DNA of 64,000 nt from Thermodesulfobacteriota bacterium. Lineage in GTDB: Bacteria; Desulfobacterota_D; UBA1144; Nemesobacterales; Nemesobacteraceae. How positions within the stretch are numbered: the first letter of the stretch is position 1; each line of letters begins with the position of its first letter. Location of the stretch: assembly GCA_965204665.1 (NCBI GenBank), contig OZ242002.1, positions 1,367,150 through 1,431,149 of the forward strand, written 5' to 3'. The notes beneath the pieces were generated by a model that made no database searches, was not told the origin of the DNA, and was given only the letters and a program-made list of their open reading frames with translations. Shown here one piece after another: positions 9,245 to 19,157 of this stretch. The position numbers were made by a program, and so were the translations under genes.

Positions 9245-11992
9245 TTACAGAAGCTGTCTGAGGTAAGTTGCCGTGTGAGAACTTTCTACAGAAACCACTT
9301 CTTCCGGAGTTCCCACAGCCACTATTTCTCCGCCTTTCTCTCCACCTTCGGGCCCGAGGTCGATTATGTAGTCAGCGCATTTTATCACCTCAAGGTTATG
9401 CTCTATTATTACCACGCTGTTTCCTGCTTCTACAAGTCTGTTGAGAACATCGATAAGCTTTTTGGTGTCGTCCATGTGAAGACCCACAGTCGGTTCATCG
9501 AGAATGTAGAGTACGTTATCTTTTTCCTTTCTTGAAAGTTCTCTCGCTATTTTCATTCTCTGCGCTTCCCCGCCGGAGAGCGTGGTGGCAGGCTGACCGA
9601 GTTTCAGGTAGCCGCACCCCACATCCTGCAGAACTTTGAGTTTCTTCGTGACGGAAGAACTTTCTGAAAAGAAATCCACGGCCTCATCAACTGTGAGACT
9701 TAATATTTCATCTACACTTTTTCCCTTGTATTTGTATTCCAGAACCTTTTTCCCGAACCTTCTCCCCCCGCACTGCTCGCATGTGACCATGACATCCGCA
9801 AGAAAATGCATCTCTACCCTGTACGCACCCTCTCCCAGGCATTTTTCGCATCTTCCTCCGCTCACGTTGAACGAAAAATCAGAAGGAGAAAGACCGCGGA
9901 GTTTCGCCTGGTAGTGACTTGCGAGAATTTTCCTTATATCGTCATAGACCTTTATGTATGTGACCGGGTTTGATCTGGAGCTTTTTCCTACACTTCCCTG
10001 ATCAAGGATCACCACATCATTTATTTCTTCTGCGCCTTCAATGCTTCCATGCTTTCCGACCCGTTCCGTTTTTCTTCTGAACTTCCGCAAAAGCCCGTTG
10101 TATAGAATATCGTTTACGAGAGAACTTTTTCCGGAACCCGATACGCCTGTGACGCAGATGATGGTTCTCAAGGGAAATAGAATGTCTATGTTTCTAAGAT
10201 TGTTTTCGGAAGCTCCTTTGATGTTTATAAAGCGTCCGTTACCGGTTCTTCTCTTCTCGGGCACTTCTATTTTCTCTTCACCGACAAGATATTTTCTCGT
10301 GGCTGAGTTTTCTGCAGTGCGCAGAAAATTCTCGACGGTTCCCTGATATACCACTTCTCCTCCCCCTGCGCCGGCCTCGGGGCCGAGTTCCACCACATAG
10401 TCGGCGCATCTTACAGTGTCCAGGTCGTGCTCTATCATTATAACGGTGTTGTTCCTGCTGCGAAGTTCCACTATGAGGGAGTTGAGACGGTTTATGTCTC
10501 TCGGATGAAGTCCTATCGAGGGTTCATCAAGTATGTACAGAGTTTCCGTCAGACGGGAACTCATTTGGCAGGCGAGATTTATTCTCTGGGCTTCTCCCCC
10601 GGAAAGGGTGCGAGTAAGTCTTGACGGGGTGAGGTAGTCAAGCCCGACATGTATGAGAAAATCAAGTCGGGAATCTATTTCCCTTATTATGTCGGATGCG
10701 ACCTCCTGTTCGCTGCTCTTGAGCGAGAGGTCGCTGAAAAAGGATTTCAGGTTCTTTACGGACATCTCCGCGAGTTCGAAAATATTCCTCTTCCCCACGC
10801 GAACCCAGAGGGCTTCTTCTTTCAACCTGCTTCCCCCGCATTCCTCGCAGACCACCGCAGAGCGATACCTTGCGAGAAAAACGCGTATATGTGTCTTGTA
10901 TCTTTTCCTCTCAAGCGTCTTGAAATATCCTCGTACTCCGTAATAGTTCCGGTCGCCGTCGAAGATCAGTTTTTTTTCCCGTGCGGAAAGTTCTTCAAAA
11001 GGTTTTTCGGTATCTATCCCCGCACCTTTTGCAAAAGCGATCAACTTTTCTGTCTCTTCTTCCAGGTAGTAACTCCCGGCGAAAGGATCTATCGCGCCTT
11101 TTGCAAGGCTCAGCCCTGGGTCGGGAACCAGCAGTTCGGGGTCGGCCTCGAGATTTCTTCCGAACCCTTCGCACTTCCCGCATGCTCCGTGGGGGCTGTT
11201 GAATGAAAAACTGTTCGGAGTCGGTTTTTCGAACGCCGCGCCGCAATGACCGCAACGAAATTCCTTCGAGAACCGGAGGTCGGTTCCGCAGTCTGTATGA
11301 ACAATTGCGGTTATACCTTCGGAAAAAGCGGATTCAAGCCCTTCGGTTATCCTTGAGAGATGTTTTTCATCCAAAACGACTCTTGCGGTAATTATATGGG
11401 TTTTGCCGTCCGTACGTTCTACGATCTGCTCCATCTCTGAAATTCTTCCGTCGCTCCAGGCATGGAAATAGCCTTTTTTCATGTAAACGGACAGGGTTTC
11501 CCCTTCCGCCGGCTCAAAACAGATGAGCGCCTTTTTCCCCGTATATTTTTTTACAAGTAGAGAAGCCAGGGATTGAGCGGAATGGCTGAGCACCTGATCA
11601 CCGCATTCAGGACAAAAGATTTTTCCGACCTTCGCGAACAGAAGCCTCATATAGTCGTAAATTTCCGTTGCGGTTCCTACGGTTGATCGGGAATTTACAA
11701 CGTTGTTACGGCTCTCGATCGCAATCGGGGTGGGGAGACGCTCTATATCGTCCACGGAGGGTTTTTCCACTTTTTCGATGAACTGCCTCGCATAGGTGGA
11801 AAGACAGTCTATATATCTTCTGAGTCCCTCCTTGTAAACAGTGTCGAGAATGAGAGACGATTTACCGGACCCGCTCAGTCCCGTCACCACCGTGAACTTG
11901 TTTCTCGGGATAAGAACATCTATGCCCTTGAGATTGTTCTCCCCGGCGTTTCTTATTTCTATATAGTCGTTTTCAGAAGAGTTTTTCGACAT
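9245..11992 (-). CDS. uvrA: Excinuclease ABC subunit A
   Basis: Two ABC ATPase modules (GLSGSGKSSL, GVSGSGKSSL, LSGGEAQR twice, LYILDEP twice) and the characteristic CxxC zinc modules. 915 aa. Confidence 0.88.
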   Translation of the reverse strand: MSKNSSENDYIEIRNAGENNLKGIDVLIPRNKFTVVTGLSGSGKSSLILDTVYKEGLRRYIDCLSTYARQFIEKVEKPSVDDIERLPTPIAIESRNNVVNSRSTVGTATEIYDYMRLLFAKVGKIFCPECGDQVLSHSAQSLASLLVKKYTGKKALICFEPAEGETLSVYMKKGYFHAWSDGRISEMEQIVERTDGKTHIITARVVLDEKHLSRITEGLESAFSEGITAIVHTDCGTDLRFSKEFRCGHCGAAFEKPTPNSFSFNSPHGACGKCEGFGRNLEADPELLVPDPGLSLAKGAIDPFAGSYYLEEETEKLIAFAKGAGIDTEKPFEELSAREKKLIFDGDRNYYGVRGYFKTLERKRYKTHIRVFLARYRSAVVCEECGGSRLKEEALWVRVGKRNIFELAEMSVKNLKSFFSDLSLKSSEQEVASDIIREIDSRLDFLIHVGLDYLTPSRLTRTLSGGEAQRINLACQMSSRLTETLYILDEPSIGLHPRDINRLNSLIVELRSRNNTVIMIEHDLDTVRCADYVVELGPEAGAGGGEVVYQGTVENFLRTAENSATRKYLVGEEKIEVPEKRRTGNGRFINIKGASENNLRNIDILFPLRTIICVTGVSGSGKSSLVNDILYNGLLRKFRRKTERVGKHGSIEGAEEINDVVILDQGSVGKSSRSNPVTYIKVYDDIRKILASHYQAKLRGLSPSDFSFNVSGGRCEKCLGEGAYRVEMHFLADVMVTCEQCGGRRFGKKVLEYKYKGKSVDEILSLTVDEAVDFFSESSSVTKKLKVLQDVGCGYLKLGQPATTLSGGEAQRMKIARELSRKEKDNVLYILDEPTVGLHMDDTKKLIDVLNRLVEAGNSVVIIEHNLEVIKCADYIIDLGPEGGEKGGEIVAVGTPEEVVSVESSHTATYLRQLL

Positions 11993-12231
11993 TTTCGATC
12001 TGTTGTCATGTTTACTGTTTCGTCTCGCCCTTCAGTACTCATTTCACCTTGAGCTCTACATGTGCAGAAATTGAGTTTCACCGGAGCATTCAGTATTCTG
12101 TTGTGCCGGGTAGCGGGAATTCTCACGCCCGTTGAATTTTACATGATTTCTTTTTTCTATGGACGGACAACATCTTGGAACCCGTCCTGTCCGAGCGGTT
12201 TTTCAATGCTCTTTTTCGAGGTGGATGATTA

Positions 12232-13473
12232 ATGCGTCTTAGCAGAGTTGACGAGCAGATATCCGATGCGATCCGCATGGAAACGCAGAGACAGGAATGG
12301 AAGCTTGAAATGATAGCTTCAGAGAACTATGTGAGTGAAGCTGTAATGGAGGCGACGGGGTCCGTGCTTACCAACAAGTACGCGGAAGGTCTTCCGGGAA
12401 GGCGTTATTACGGGGGATGCGAGTTCGTCGACACAGCGGAGAATCTTGCGCGGGACCGAGCTCGGAAACTTTTCGGCGCGGATGCTGTGAATGTACAACC
12501 TCACTCCGGAGCCCAGGCGAACATGGCGGTGTTTTTTTCCGCAGTAGAGCCAGGAATGACGGTTCTGGGAATGAGTCTTGACCACGGCGGACATCTTACC
12601 CATGGAAGCCCTGTCAATTTTTCCGGACGGCTCTACAACAGCGTCACTTACGGGGTTTGCAGGGAAACGGGAATAATTGATTACGATGAAGTGAGAAAAC
12701 TTGCGCGGAAGCATTCACCGGCACTTATAATAGCGGGCTGGAGCGCTTATCCTAGAGATACCGATTACGCTGAATTCAGAAATATAGCCGATCAATGCGG
12801 GGCGCTGCTGATGGCCGACATAGCCCATCCCGCGGGGCTTGTAGTAGCGGGACTGTACTCTGATCCCGTACCGCACTGTGATTTCGTTACGACAACGACT
12901 CACAAAACGCTTCGAGGACCGCGCGGCGGAATGGTGATGATGAAGCAGGAGCACAGCAGGAAAGTAAACAGCAGAGTGTTCCCGGGAACACAGGGGGGTC
13001 CTCTGATGCATGTGATAGCGGCCAAGGCTGTAGCGTTCGGGGAGGCTATGCGTCCCGAGTTTGCGGAGTATCAGCGCCGGACGGTTGCAAACGCGAGGCG
13101 TCTGGGAGAGAATCTGACCGGTGCAGGTCTTAAACTTGTTTCGGGGGGAACGGATACCCACCTGGTGCTGGTTGATCTTACCGGGACTGATTTTACCGGA
13201 CAACTTGCCGAGCAGACGCTTGAAGAAGCGGGAATAACGGTCAATAAAAACGCCATTCCGTTTGACCCGCGACCCCCTATGGTTACAAGCGGTATGAGAC
13301 TGGGAACTCCGGCTATCACCACGCGGGGAATGAGGGAGGCGGAGATTGATTCGATATCCGGTTTTATAATCAAAGCTCTTGAAAACCACGAAAACGAAAA
13401 AATTCTTTCCGGAATACGGCGGGAAGTAAAAGAACTTTGCCTGCGATTTCCCGTTTACGGGCATAGACTCTGA
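12232..13473 (+). CDS. glyA: Serine hydroxymethyltransferase
   Basis: [32 protein letters not shown], and [14 protein letters not shown] containing the PLP lysine. Confidence 0.95.
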   Translation: MRLSRVDEQISDAIRMETQRQEWKLEMIASENYVSEAVMEATGSVLTNKYAEGLPGRRYYGGCEFVDTAENLARDRARKLFGADAVNVQPHSGAQANMAVFFSAVEPGMTVLGMSLDHGGHLTHGSPVNFSGRLYNSVTYGVCRETGIIDYDEVRKLARKHSPALIIAGWSAYPRDTDYAEFRNIADQCGALLMADIAHPAGLVVAGLYSDPVPHCDFVTTTTHKTLRGPRGGMVMMKQEHSRKVNSRVFPGTQGGPLMHVIAAKAVAFGEAMRPEFAEYQRRTVANARRLGENLTGAGLKLVSGGTDTHLVLVDLTGTDFTGQLAEQTLEEAGITVNKNAIPFDPRPPMVTSGMRLGTPAITTRGMREAEIDSISGFIIKALENHENEKILSGIRREVKELCLRFPVYGHRL

Positions 13474-13482
13474 GAACAGAAA

Positions 13483-13941
13483 ATGAAGTGTCCCTACTGC
13501 AAGGCGGATGATACAAGAGTAGTTGACTCGCGTGAGGGCAAGGGCGGTCTTTTTGTCAGACGCCGGCGTGAATGTATGGAGTGTCAGGATAGATTCACCA
13601 CCTATGAGAGAATACAACACTCGGAATTTGTGGTGGTGAAGAAAGACGGCCGCCGCGAAGAATTTGACCGCAACAAGATAATAAACGGGATGCGCAGGGC
13701 TTGTGAGAAAAGACCGATAAGTATTGAAACAATAGAGGATTTCGCATCCTCGCTTGAAAGGGAGTTTCTCGAGGGAGGGGACAGGGAGATAGACAGTCGC
13801 AGGATAGGGGAGAGGTTGATGGCCAAGTTGTACGAGATTGATGAAGTCGCCTATGTGAGATTCGCTTCCGTATACAGATCCTTTAAGGACATAAACGAGT
13901 TTCTTGATGAGGTGAGTGATCTGCTCAAGGAGAAGAAATAG
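13483..13941 (+). CDS. nrdR: Transcriptional repressor NrdR
   Basis: [18 protein letters not shown] zinc ribbon followed by an ATP-cone ([16 protein letters not shown]). Confidence 0.95.
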   Translation: MKCPYCKADDTRVVDSREGKGGLFVRRRRECMECQDRFTTYERIQHSEFVVVKKDGRREEFDRNKIINGMRRACEKRPISIETIEDFASSLEREFLEGGDREIDSRRIGERLMAKLYEIDEVAYVRFASVYRSFKDINEFLDEVSDLLKEKK

Positions 13942-13946
13942 GATTT

Positions 13947-14729
13947 ATGCTTATCGATTCACACGCGCATCTGCTGAGTCTCGAGAGTCCTGATGACGCG
14001 GTGCTGAGAGCCGAGGCAGAGGGGGTGGGCAGGATAATATCCATCGGAACAGGTGTTCAGTCATCTCTTGATACCATAGAGTTTTCTAAAGAGCACGGCG
14101 GCGTATACGTATCTGTAGGAATTCACCCCCATTCCGCTTCTGATTTCAGCGCGGAAGCGATGATTGAGATGGAGAAAATGCTTGAAGACCCTAAGGTCGT
14201 CGCGGTCGGAGAAACGGGGCTTGATTACCACTACATGAACTCGCCCAAAGAAGATCAGATAAAATCATTTGAGGCTCACGCGGAGCTCGCCAGGAAATAT
14301 TCACTACCCCTTGTCGTGCACGTAAGGGATGCGCACAGAGAACTCATTGATATGCTGCGAGGTATGGAACCGGTTGAAAAACCCGGGGTGATACACTGTT
14401 TTTCCGGTGATTACCATACGGCGAAAGAATACCTTTGTCTGGGTTTTTTCATATCGTTCTCCGGTATGGTGACTTTCAACCGGTCGGCGGAATTGAGAGA
14501 TGCCGCATCGAAAATCCCCCTCGAAAGAATCTTATGCGAAACGGATTCTCCATACCTGACCCCCGTTCCGTACAGAGGAAAGCCGAATGAACCGCGGAAT
14601 GTAGTTTATGTGGTCAGACTGATTTCGGAACTCAGAGGACTCTCCTTCGAGGAGTTTTCAAAGATTGTTTCGGAAAACGTCACGGAACTTTTTGGAAAAA
14701 TGTCTAATTATGGAAAAGGGTTTGTTTGA
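13947..14729 (+). CDS. TatD-family metal-dependent hydrolase/DNase
   Basis: IDSHAHL, GETGLDYHY, PLVVHVRDA, GVIHCFSG and ETDSPYLTP motifs. Confidence 0.9.
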   Translation: MLIDSHAHLLSLESPDDAVLRAEAEGVGRIISIGTGVQSSLDTIEFSKEHGGVYVSVGIHPHSASDFSAEAMIEMEKMLEDPKVVAVGETGLDYHYMNSPKEDQIKSFEAHAELARKYSLPLVVHVRDAHRELIDMLRGMEPVEKPGVIHCFSGDYHTAKEYLCLGFFISFSGMVTFNRSAELRDAASKIPLERILCETDSPYLTPVPYRGKPNEPRNVVYVVRLISELRGLSFEEFSKIVSENVTELFGKMSNYGKGFV

Positions 14730-14757
14730 ATTCGAGTTACTTCTCCCTGCCGCTCGA

Positions 14758-15936
14758 TCAGTATAACTCGAGCGTCAGTTTCTCCATCAATTTCGGAAGG
14801 GAAATTACAGAGGTGTTCTTTTCAATTGCAAATTCATCATGACCCCCGTAAACAACGAATTTTCTAGTTGCTTTTATGTCTTCCGACGCATGATGAAGAC
14901 CGGGTTTTATCCCGGGCGCGACTCCGTATTTGATTTCAATCGCCCATAACTCTTTGCTTGATATCTTGAGAACGAGATCAATCTCCGATACTGCAGATGT
15001 TCGGTAATAATAAGATTCCACGCTGTTCGGCAGAATTGAGACTATATTTTCAATTACGAATCCTTCCCAACTTTTTCCGAGAACGGGATTGGAGAGCAAC
15101 GAATCGTAATTCCCTATTCCGAGCAGTCTGTGCAGGATACCGCTGTCTCTGACATAGAAACGAGGTGACTTGACCAATCGTTTCCTGATGTTTCCGTACC
15201 ATGGATTCAATCGCCTTACAAGCAGTAGGTCGACGAGAATGTCCAGATAGTGTGTAACGGTTTTCCCGTCAACCTCCAGATTGTTGCCCAGTTTTGAATA
15301 ATTCAGAGTTTCTCCCTGAAGATGAGCAATCATAGTCCATAACCTTCTCAGGCGACCGGAAGGCACCCGGAATCCTACCTGCGGAATATCCTGCTCCAGA
15401 TACGTGCGGATAAGCATTTCAAGCCATTCCATGCTCTCCGAGTCTGATGAAGCAAGATAACTGTCGGGGAAGCCTCCTCTCAGCCATAATTGATTGAGGG
15501 CATCGGAGTCGGCGTGAGGCGTTTCAAGGACGTTGAATCCGCTCATGAAGACATGGCGGATGCGACCTGCCAGGCTTTGCGAAGACTGAAAAAGCAGGTC
15601 CATCGTCGCGGAACCGAGCAGAAGGAACTGCCTGGTCCTTCTGTCCTTCTGCGATTCTCGTCGATCACCCCGCGCAGAATCATAAACAGGCCGGCCACGC
15701 GATATATCTCATCAAGAATAATCAATTTTTCGCTGTTTGCGGATAGAAAGGAAACAGGGTCGCGCAGTTTAAGCAGGTCTTCCGGCGACTCCAAGTCTAG
15801 ATAGACTGAGTTCTCCTTCCAGGCAATCTTCCTGCGCCAATGTGGTTTTGCCGACCTGTCGTGGTCCTATAAGCACGACTGCAGGAACGCTGTTTATTCC
15901 TTTTTCGAGTTTCTTCTCAATCCACCTCTTAAACAT
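14758..15936 (-). pseudogene. AAA+ ATPase with DUF4143 C-terminal domain, disrupted by at least two frameshifts
   Basis: Three frames must be joined. Frame 1 runs from ATG 15936 and reads MFKRWIEKKLEKGINSVPAVVLIGPRQVGKTTLAQ (Walker A). Frame 2 reads ...YLDLESPEDLLKLRDPVSFLSANSEKLIILDEIYRVAGLF..DENRR (Walker B). Frame 3 reads QFLLLGSATMDLLFQSSQSLAGRI... through to 14758. The shifts lie near ~15815 and ~15640. Confidence 0.75.
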
Positions 15937-16216
15937 GCTTGTATTTTAAGAGGTGGACTCCGAAATTACAAGGTATTTTCCAAGAAAACTGATATTACTA
16001 CAACTGAAAGTTCCTGGTTGCTGATCCCTGAAAAATTGCCTGCGGACAAGTGCTGTGTGAAGCACCGGAGCAACGCCCGAAGGATTTATAAGGCCGAAGG
16101 ATTTAACCGTCCACTTTCGTACATGTTTCCACCGAATCAGAACCCGCCCTCCTCGACCTCGGGTTCCCTCTTTCCGTTATCTCTACTATATCGGTCGGCA
16201 ATGTTATCCGTTCCCC

Positions 16217-16657
16217 TTAAATTATACGAAGAGGCCGGCAAGCGACCTGATTGGGAAACAGGTCGGTTCTAAAACATATTTTGCGGTTGGGTGAATCGGC
16301 ATAGACACGCCAAGTTCCTCGAAAGTCCGGTGGCCGTGTTCCGTGTCTGCACTTTCTCCAGACTTCTATGTGGTTTTGATATTTGGGATAGTCGTTGAAA
16401 TTTGATTCCACACTATAGGTTCCTTCACTGTTTATTGATTGCTTGGATATGTTGCCCCTTGAGTTTCTACACTCCCAGTCACCGATAAGGTCCGCGGATG
16501 AACCTGCAACCCCGGACGGGAAAGATTGAGGCGTACGAATCCCCGAACAATCAAAATAATCGTCATCGTCTCTATAACCGCCATTATATCTGTAATCGTC
16601 GTCTGAGCCTCCACAACCGAGAGAGAACAGGCAAATAAATAATAGAACTATTTTCAT
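16217..16657 (-). CDS. Hypothetical small lipoprotein
   Basis: Signal peptide with lipobox (LFSLGCGG) followed by an Asp-rich region. No family recognised. Confidence 0.5.
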   Translation of the reverse strand: MKIVLLFICLFSLGCGGSDDDYRYNGGYRDDDDYFDCSGIRTPQSFPSGVAGSSADLIGDWECRNSRGNISKQSINSEGTYSVESNFNDYPKYQNHIEVWRKCRHGTRPPDFRGTWRVYADSPNRKICFRTDLFPNQVACRPLRII

Positions 16658-16835
16658 GGTAAAACCTCCCCTCTTTTTTCTTTCCGGAGCATTTTTCCGG
16701 GACTAAACCTGTGGTTCCTCTTTTGAAAATCCTACTTGAAGATAATTGCGGCATAAATAAATGAATTTAACAGCACTAAAAACGGGTAAAATCTCAACAG
16801 TTTTCCTGAAGCGTTTCTGTGAAGAGCAAAATTAG

Positions 16836-17813
16836 TTGAAAAAATTCAGAGGTGTTCAATTGAGCAGAAGGCCGAAAATAGCTGTGACTATGGGAGACCC
16901 GAACGGGATAGGTCCTGAGGTCTGCATAAAAGCTTTTTACGACGGTTTCTTTGAGGAAATATGCGACGTAGTATTTATCGGGAGTGAATCAGTATTTGTC
17001 AAAGCCAATGAAGAGTTCGGAAAAAACAGTCATCTTTCAATAGTTGACCCCACGGACTTTACTCTTGAAAATCTTCAGCCCGGAGTGATTTCAGCGGAAG
17101 CCGGTCGGGCCTCCGTACTCTGCATAGAAAAGGCTGTAGGTATGGCTCTTGCGGGTGAGGTTGACGTTGTAGTTACCGGTCCCATCAGTAAGAAATCCAC
17201 ACATCTCGCCGGTTCTCGGTATCCGGGACACACGGAAATGATTATGGACCTTACCGGAGCTGAGAAAGTTGTCATGCTTTTTGAAGGAACAAGGTTCCGT
17301 GTGGTGCCTGTTACCATACATGTTCCTCTCCGCGAGGTTCCGGATTTGATAACGGAAGAAAATGTCTATTCCACGGTTTTGATCTCGGCGCTGGAACTGA
17401 GAAAAAGATTCGGCATAGAAAATCCCAAGATAGTGGTTTGCGGGCTCAACCCCCATGCCGGGGAATCTGGAGCCTTCGGGACTGAGGAGGAAGAGTTTAT
17501 CATCCCTGCTCTCGAAAGAGTGAGAGCAGAAGGCATATCGGTTGAAGGACCTCTTCCCGCCGACACTCTTTTTTACGATGCTCTTCGCGGCAAATGGGAC
17601 CTTGTTGTTTCCATGTACCACGATCAAGGCTTCGCTCCTTTCAAGATGCTTTCATTTGATACGGGGGTTAACGTGACGCTCGGACTTCCGATACTGAGAA
17701 CATCTCCTGACCACGGGACAGCTTTTGATATAGCGTGGAGGGGTGCCGCGCGTCCCGAGAGCATGGTCCAGGCCGTAAAGGTCGCAATGGAGATATGCGA
17801 TGTTGCGACCTGA
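16836..17813 (+). CDS. pdxA: 4-hydroxythreonine-4-phosphate dehydrogenase
   Basis: IAVTMGDPNGIGPEV, GLNPHAGE, MYHDQG, TSPDHGTAFDIAWRG. The start codon is uncertain (TTG 16836 or a downstream alternative). Confidence 0.9.
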   Translation: MKKFRGVQLSRRPKIAVTMGDPNGIGPEVCIKAFYDGFFEEICDVVFIGSESVFVKANEEFGKNSHLSIVDPTDFTLENLQPGVISAEAGRASVLCIEKAVGMALAGEVDVVVTGPISKKSTHLAGSRYPGHTEMIMDLTGAEKVVMLFEGTRFRVVPVTIHVPLREVPDLITEENVYSTVLISALELRKRFGIENPKIVVCGLNPHAGESGAFGTEEEEFIIPALERVRAEGISVEGPLPADTLFYDALRGKWDLVVSMYHDQGFAPFKMLSFDTGVNVTLGLPILRTSPDHGTAFDIAWRGAARPESMVQAVKVAMEICDVAT

Positions 17814-17815
17814 CA

Positions 17816-18586
17816 TTACATCCGGTTGTCCGGAGTCCGGTCCTCAACCAGCAAAGGAAGCACTTCTCCTGATTTTCCCATCACGGTCGCGTCGTACAGT
17901 CCGGTGCCCGGGGTTATTTCCATGTTTATTTCAACTACAGGTTTTTCGCTCTTTTTCGCGATAAGTCCCATTGAAGCTGCCGGCTCGACCACCCCTGAGG
18001 TGCCCACTATGAGTAGCAGGTCGCACTGTTCTATCGCGAACAGGCATTTGTCTATCCTTTCCATGGGAATGATTTCTCCGAACCAGACCGTGTTCGGCCT
18101 CATTACCGCTTCGCATATACTGCATCTCGGAGGACTCTCGGGAAGAGGTACCTGATAGTTTCTTTCCGTTTTTTCACACTCAACGCATTTTATTTCCCAG
18201 ATGCTTCCGTGTAGTTCTATTACATTTCGTGTTCCGGCAGAGAAATGTAGACCGTCTACATTCTGTGTGATCAGAATAAAATCCCGTTTTTCTCTTTCAA
18301 GTGCGGTTATGGCAAAATGTCCCGGATTAGGTCTTGCGTTTTTCATTATCTTGCGTCTTGATTCATACCACTCCCATACCAGTTCAGGGTTTCTGGCGAA
18401 TGCGGCCGGAGTGGCAAGTTCCTGAGGGCTGTAATTTTTCCAGAGACCTTCTTCTCCCCGATAGGTCGGGATCCCGCTTTCAGCCGATATCCCTGCTCCG
18501 GTGAGAACAACTATGTCCTCGGCTTTACCTATAAGTTCGTAAGCCTTAGCCATATCTTTTTCCATGGTCGGACATATTCTAACCAT
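17816..18586 (-). CDS. cobB: NAD-dependent protein deacylase (Sir2 family)
   Basis: GAGISAESGIPTYRG, TQNVDGLH, and a Zn-binding CxxC...CxxC (CVECE, CSICE). Confidence 0.9.
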   Translation of the reverse strand: MVRICPTMEKDMAKAYELIGKAEDIVVLTGAGISAESGIPTYRGEEGLWKNYSPQELATPAAFARNPELVWEWYESRRKIMKNARPNPGHFAITALEREKRDFILITQNVDGLHFSAGTRNVIELHGSIWEIKCVECEKTERNYQVPLPESPPRCSICEAVMRPNTVWFGEIIPMERIDKCLFAIEQCDLLLIVGTSGVVEPAASMGLIAKKSEKPVVEINMEITPGTGLYDATVMGKSGEVLPLLVEDRTPDNRM

Positions 18587-19085
18587 TAGGCTCCTTTTTT
18601 ACATCGGTCTGAATAGTCTCTTCTCATTGCCGACATCTATAAGGTTTAACAGATGTGGTTGTTGTCGGGCTGGATATAAAACCGTTCGGTCAAGGTGTGA
18701 TGGATCGGAAAGTTTCAGCCCTTGTGACCCGACAGCACAGTCTCAGTTCTACGTGACAGTGTACGGATTCTCTTGATCAGAACATATCAATCCGTCATCA
18801 GGCGATATGTACGGCTGTGACCGCGGATGTGCTCGGCTCTGGTCCCATGCCCGCGCCTCGGCTTCCGGAGCCTTGTCTGTAAGACGGATGCTGCTCACCT
18901 CATCACGGTGCTCATTCCGCCGGACCTGATCCCGTCGAAACCGCTGCTTTATAAAATTCTCCGCCTCATACCGTACCTGCACCTACGGGAGACCATCCGG
19001 CCGGAAATCCTTCTCCACATTAGGGAACATCCGAAATCATGCCTTATATTCAACCCGGTCGGATAAGCGGGTCGGGTATCTGTCC

Positions 19086-19113
19086 TTGACACAGGTAGGG
19101 GGGGGGGTAGAAT
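19086..19113 (+). promoter_or_regulatory. Sigma70-like promoter with a G10 tract inside the 16-nt spacer
   Basis: TTGACA (19086-19091), then the 16-nt spacer CACAGGTAGGGGGGGGGG, then TAGAAT (19108-19113). The RBS AAGGAGG (19144-19150) and ATG 19158 follow. Confidence 0.5.
19098..19107 (+). repeat. Homopolymeric G10 tract
   Basis: Counted directly: ten consecutive G between the -35 and -10 hexamers. Confidence 0.95.
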
Positions 19114-19157
19114 TGGATTTGCATTGCAGTAGAGGCATATCATAAGGAGGTTGTGTT

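Noticed and set aside
15941-16216. Intergenic regions (also 3758-4214, 16658-16835, 49477-49647, 50920-51123) scanned by eye for tRNA, SRP RNA, tmRNA or riboswitch-like elements. A short direct repeat CGAAGGATTTA x2 occurs near 16079-16107.
   Set aside because: No T-loop/anticodon-arm pattern or known conserved RNA motif was recognised. The 11-nt repeat is too short to interpret. Small ncRNAs cannot be excluded without Rfam/Infernal.
18600-19080. Possible remnant of a Y1 (IS200/REP-associated) transposase on the minus strand (…FPNVEKDFRPDGLP / VQVRYEAENFIKQRF… vaguely like FN.R..R.GHLFQGRYKA).
   Set aside because: The similarity is only a handful of residues across a frame break. That is too weak to call without a database search.
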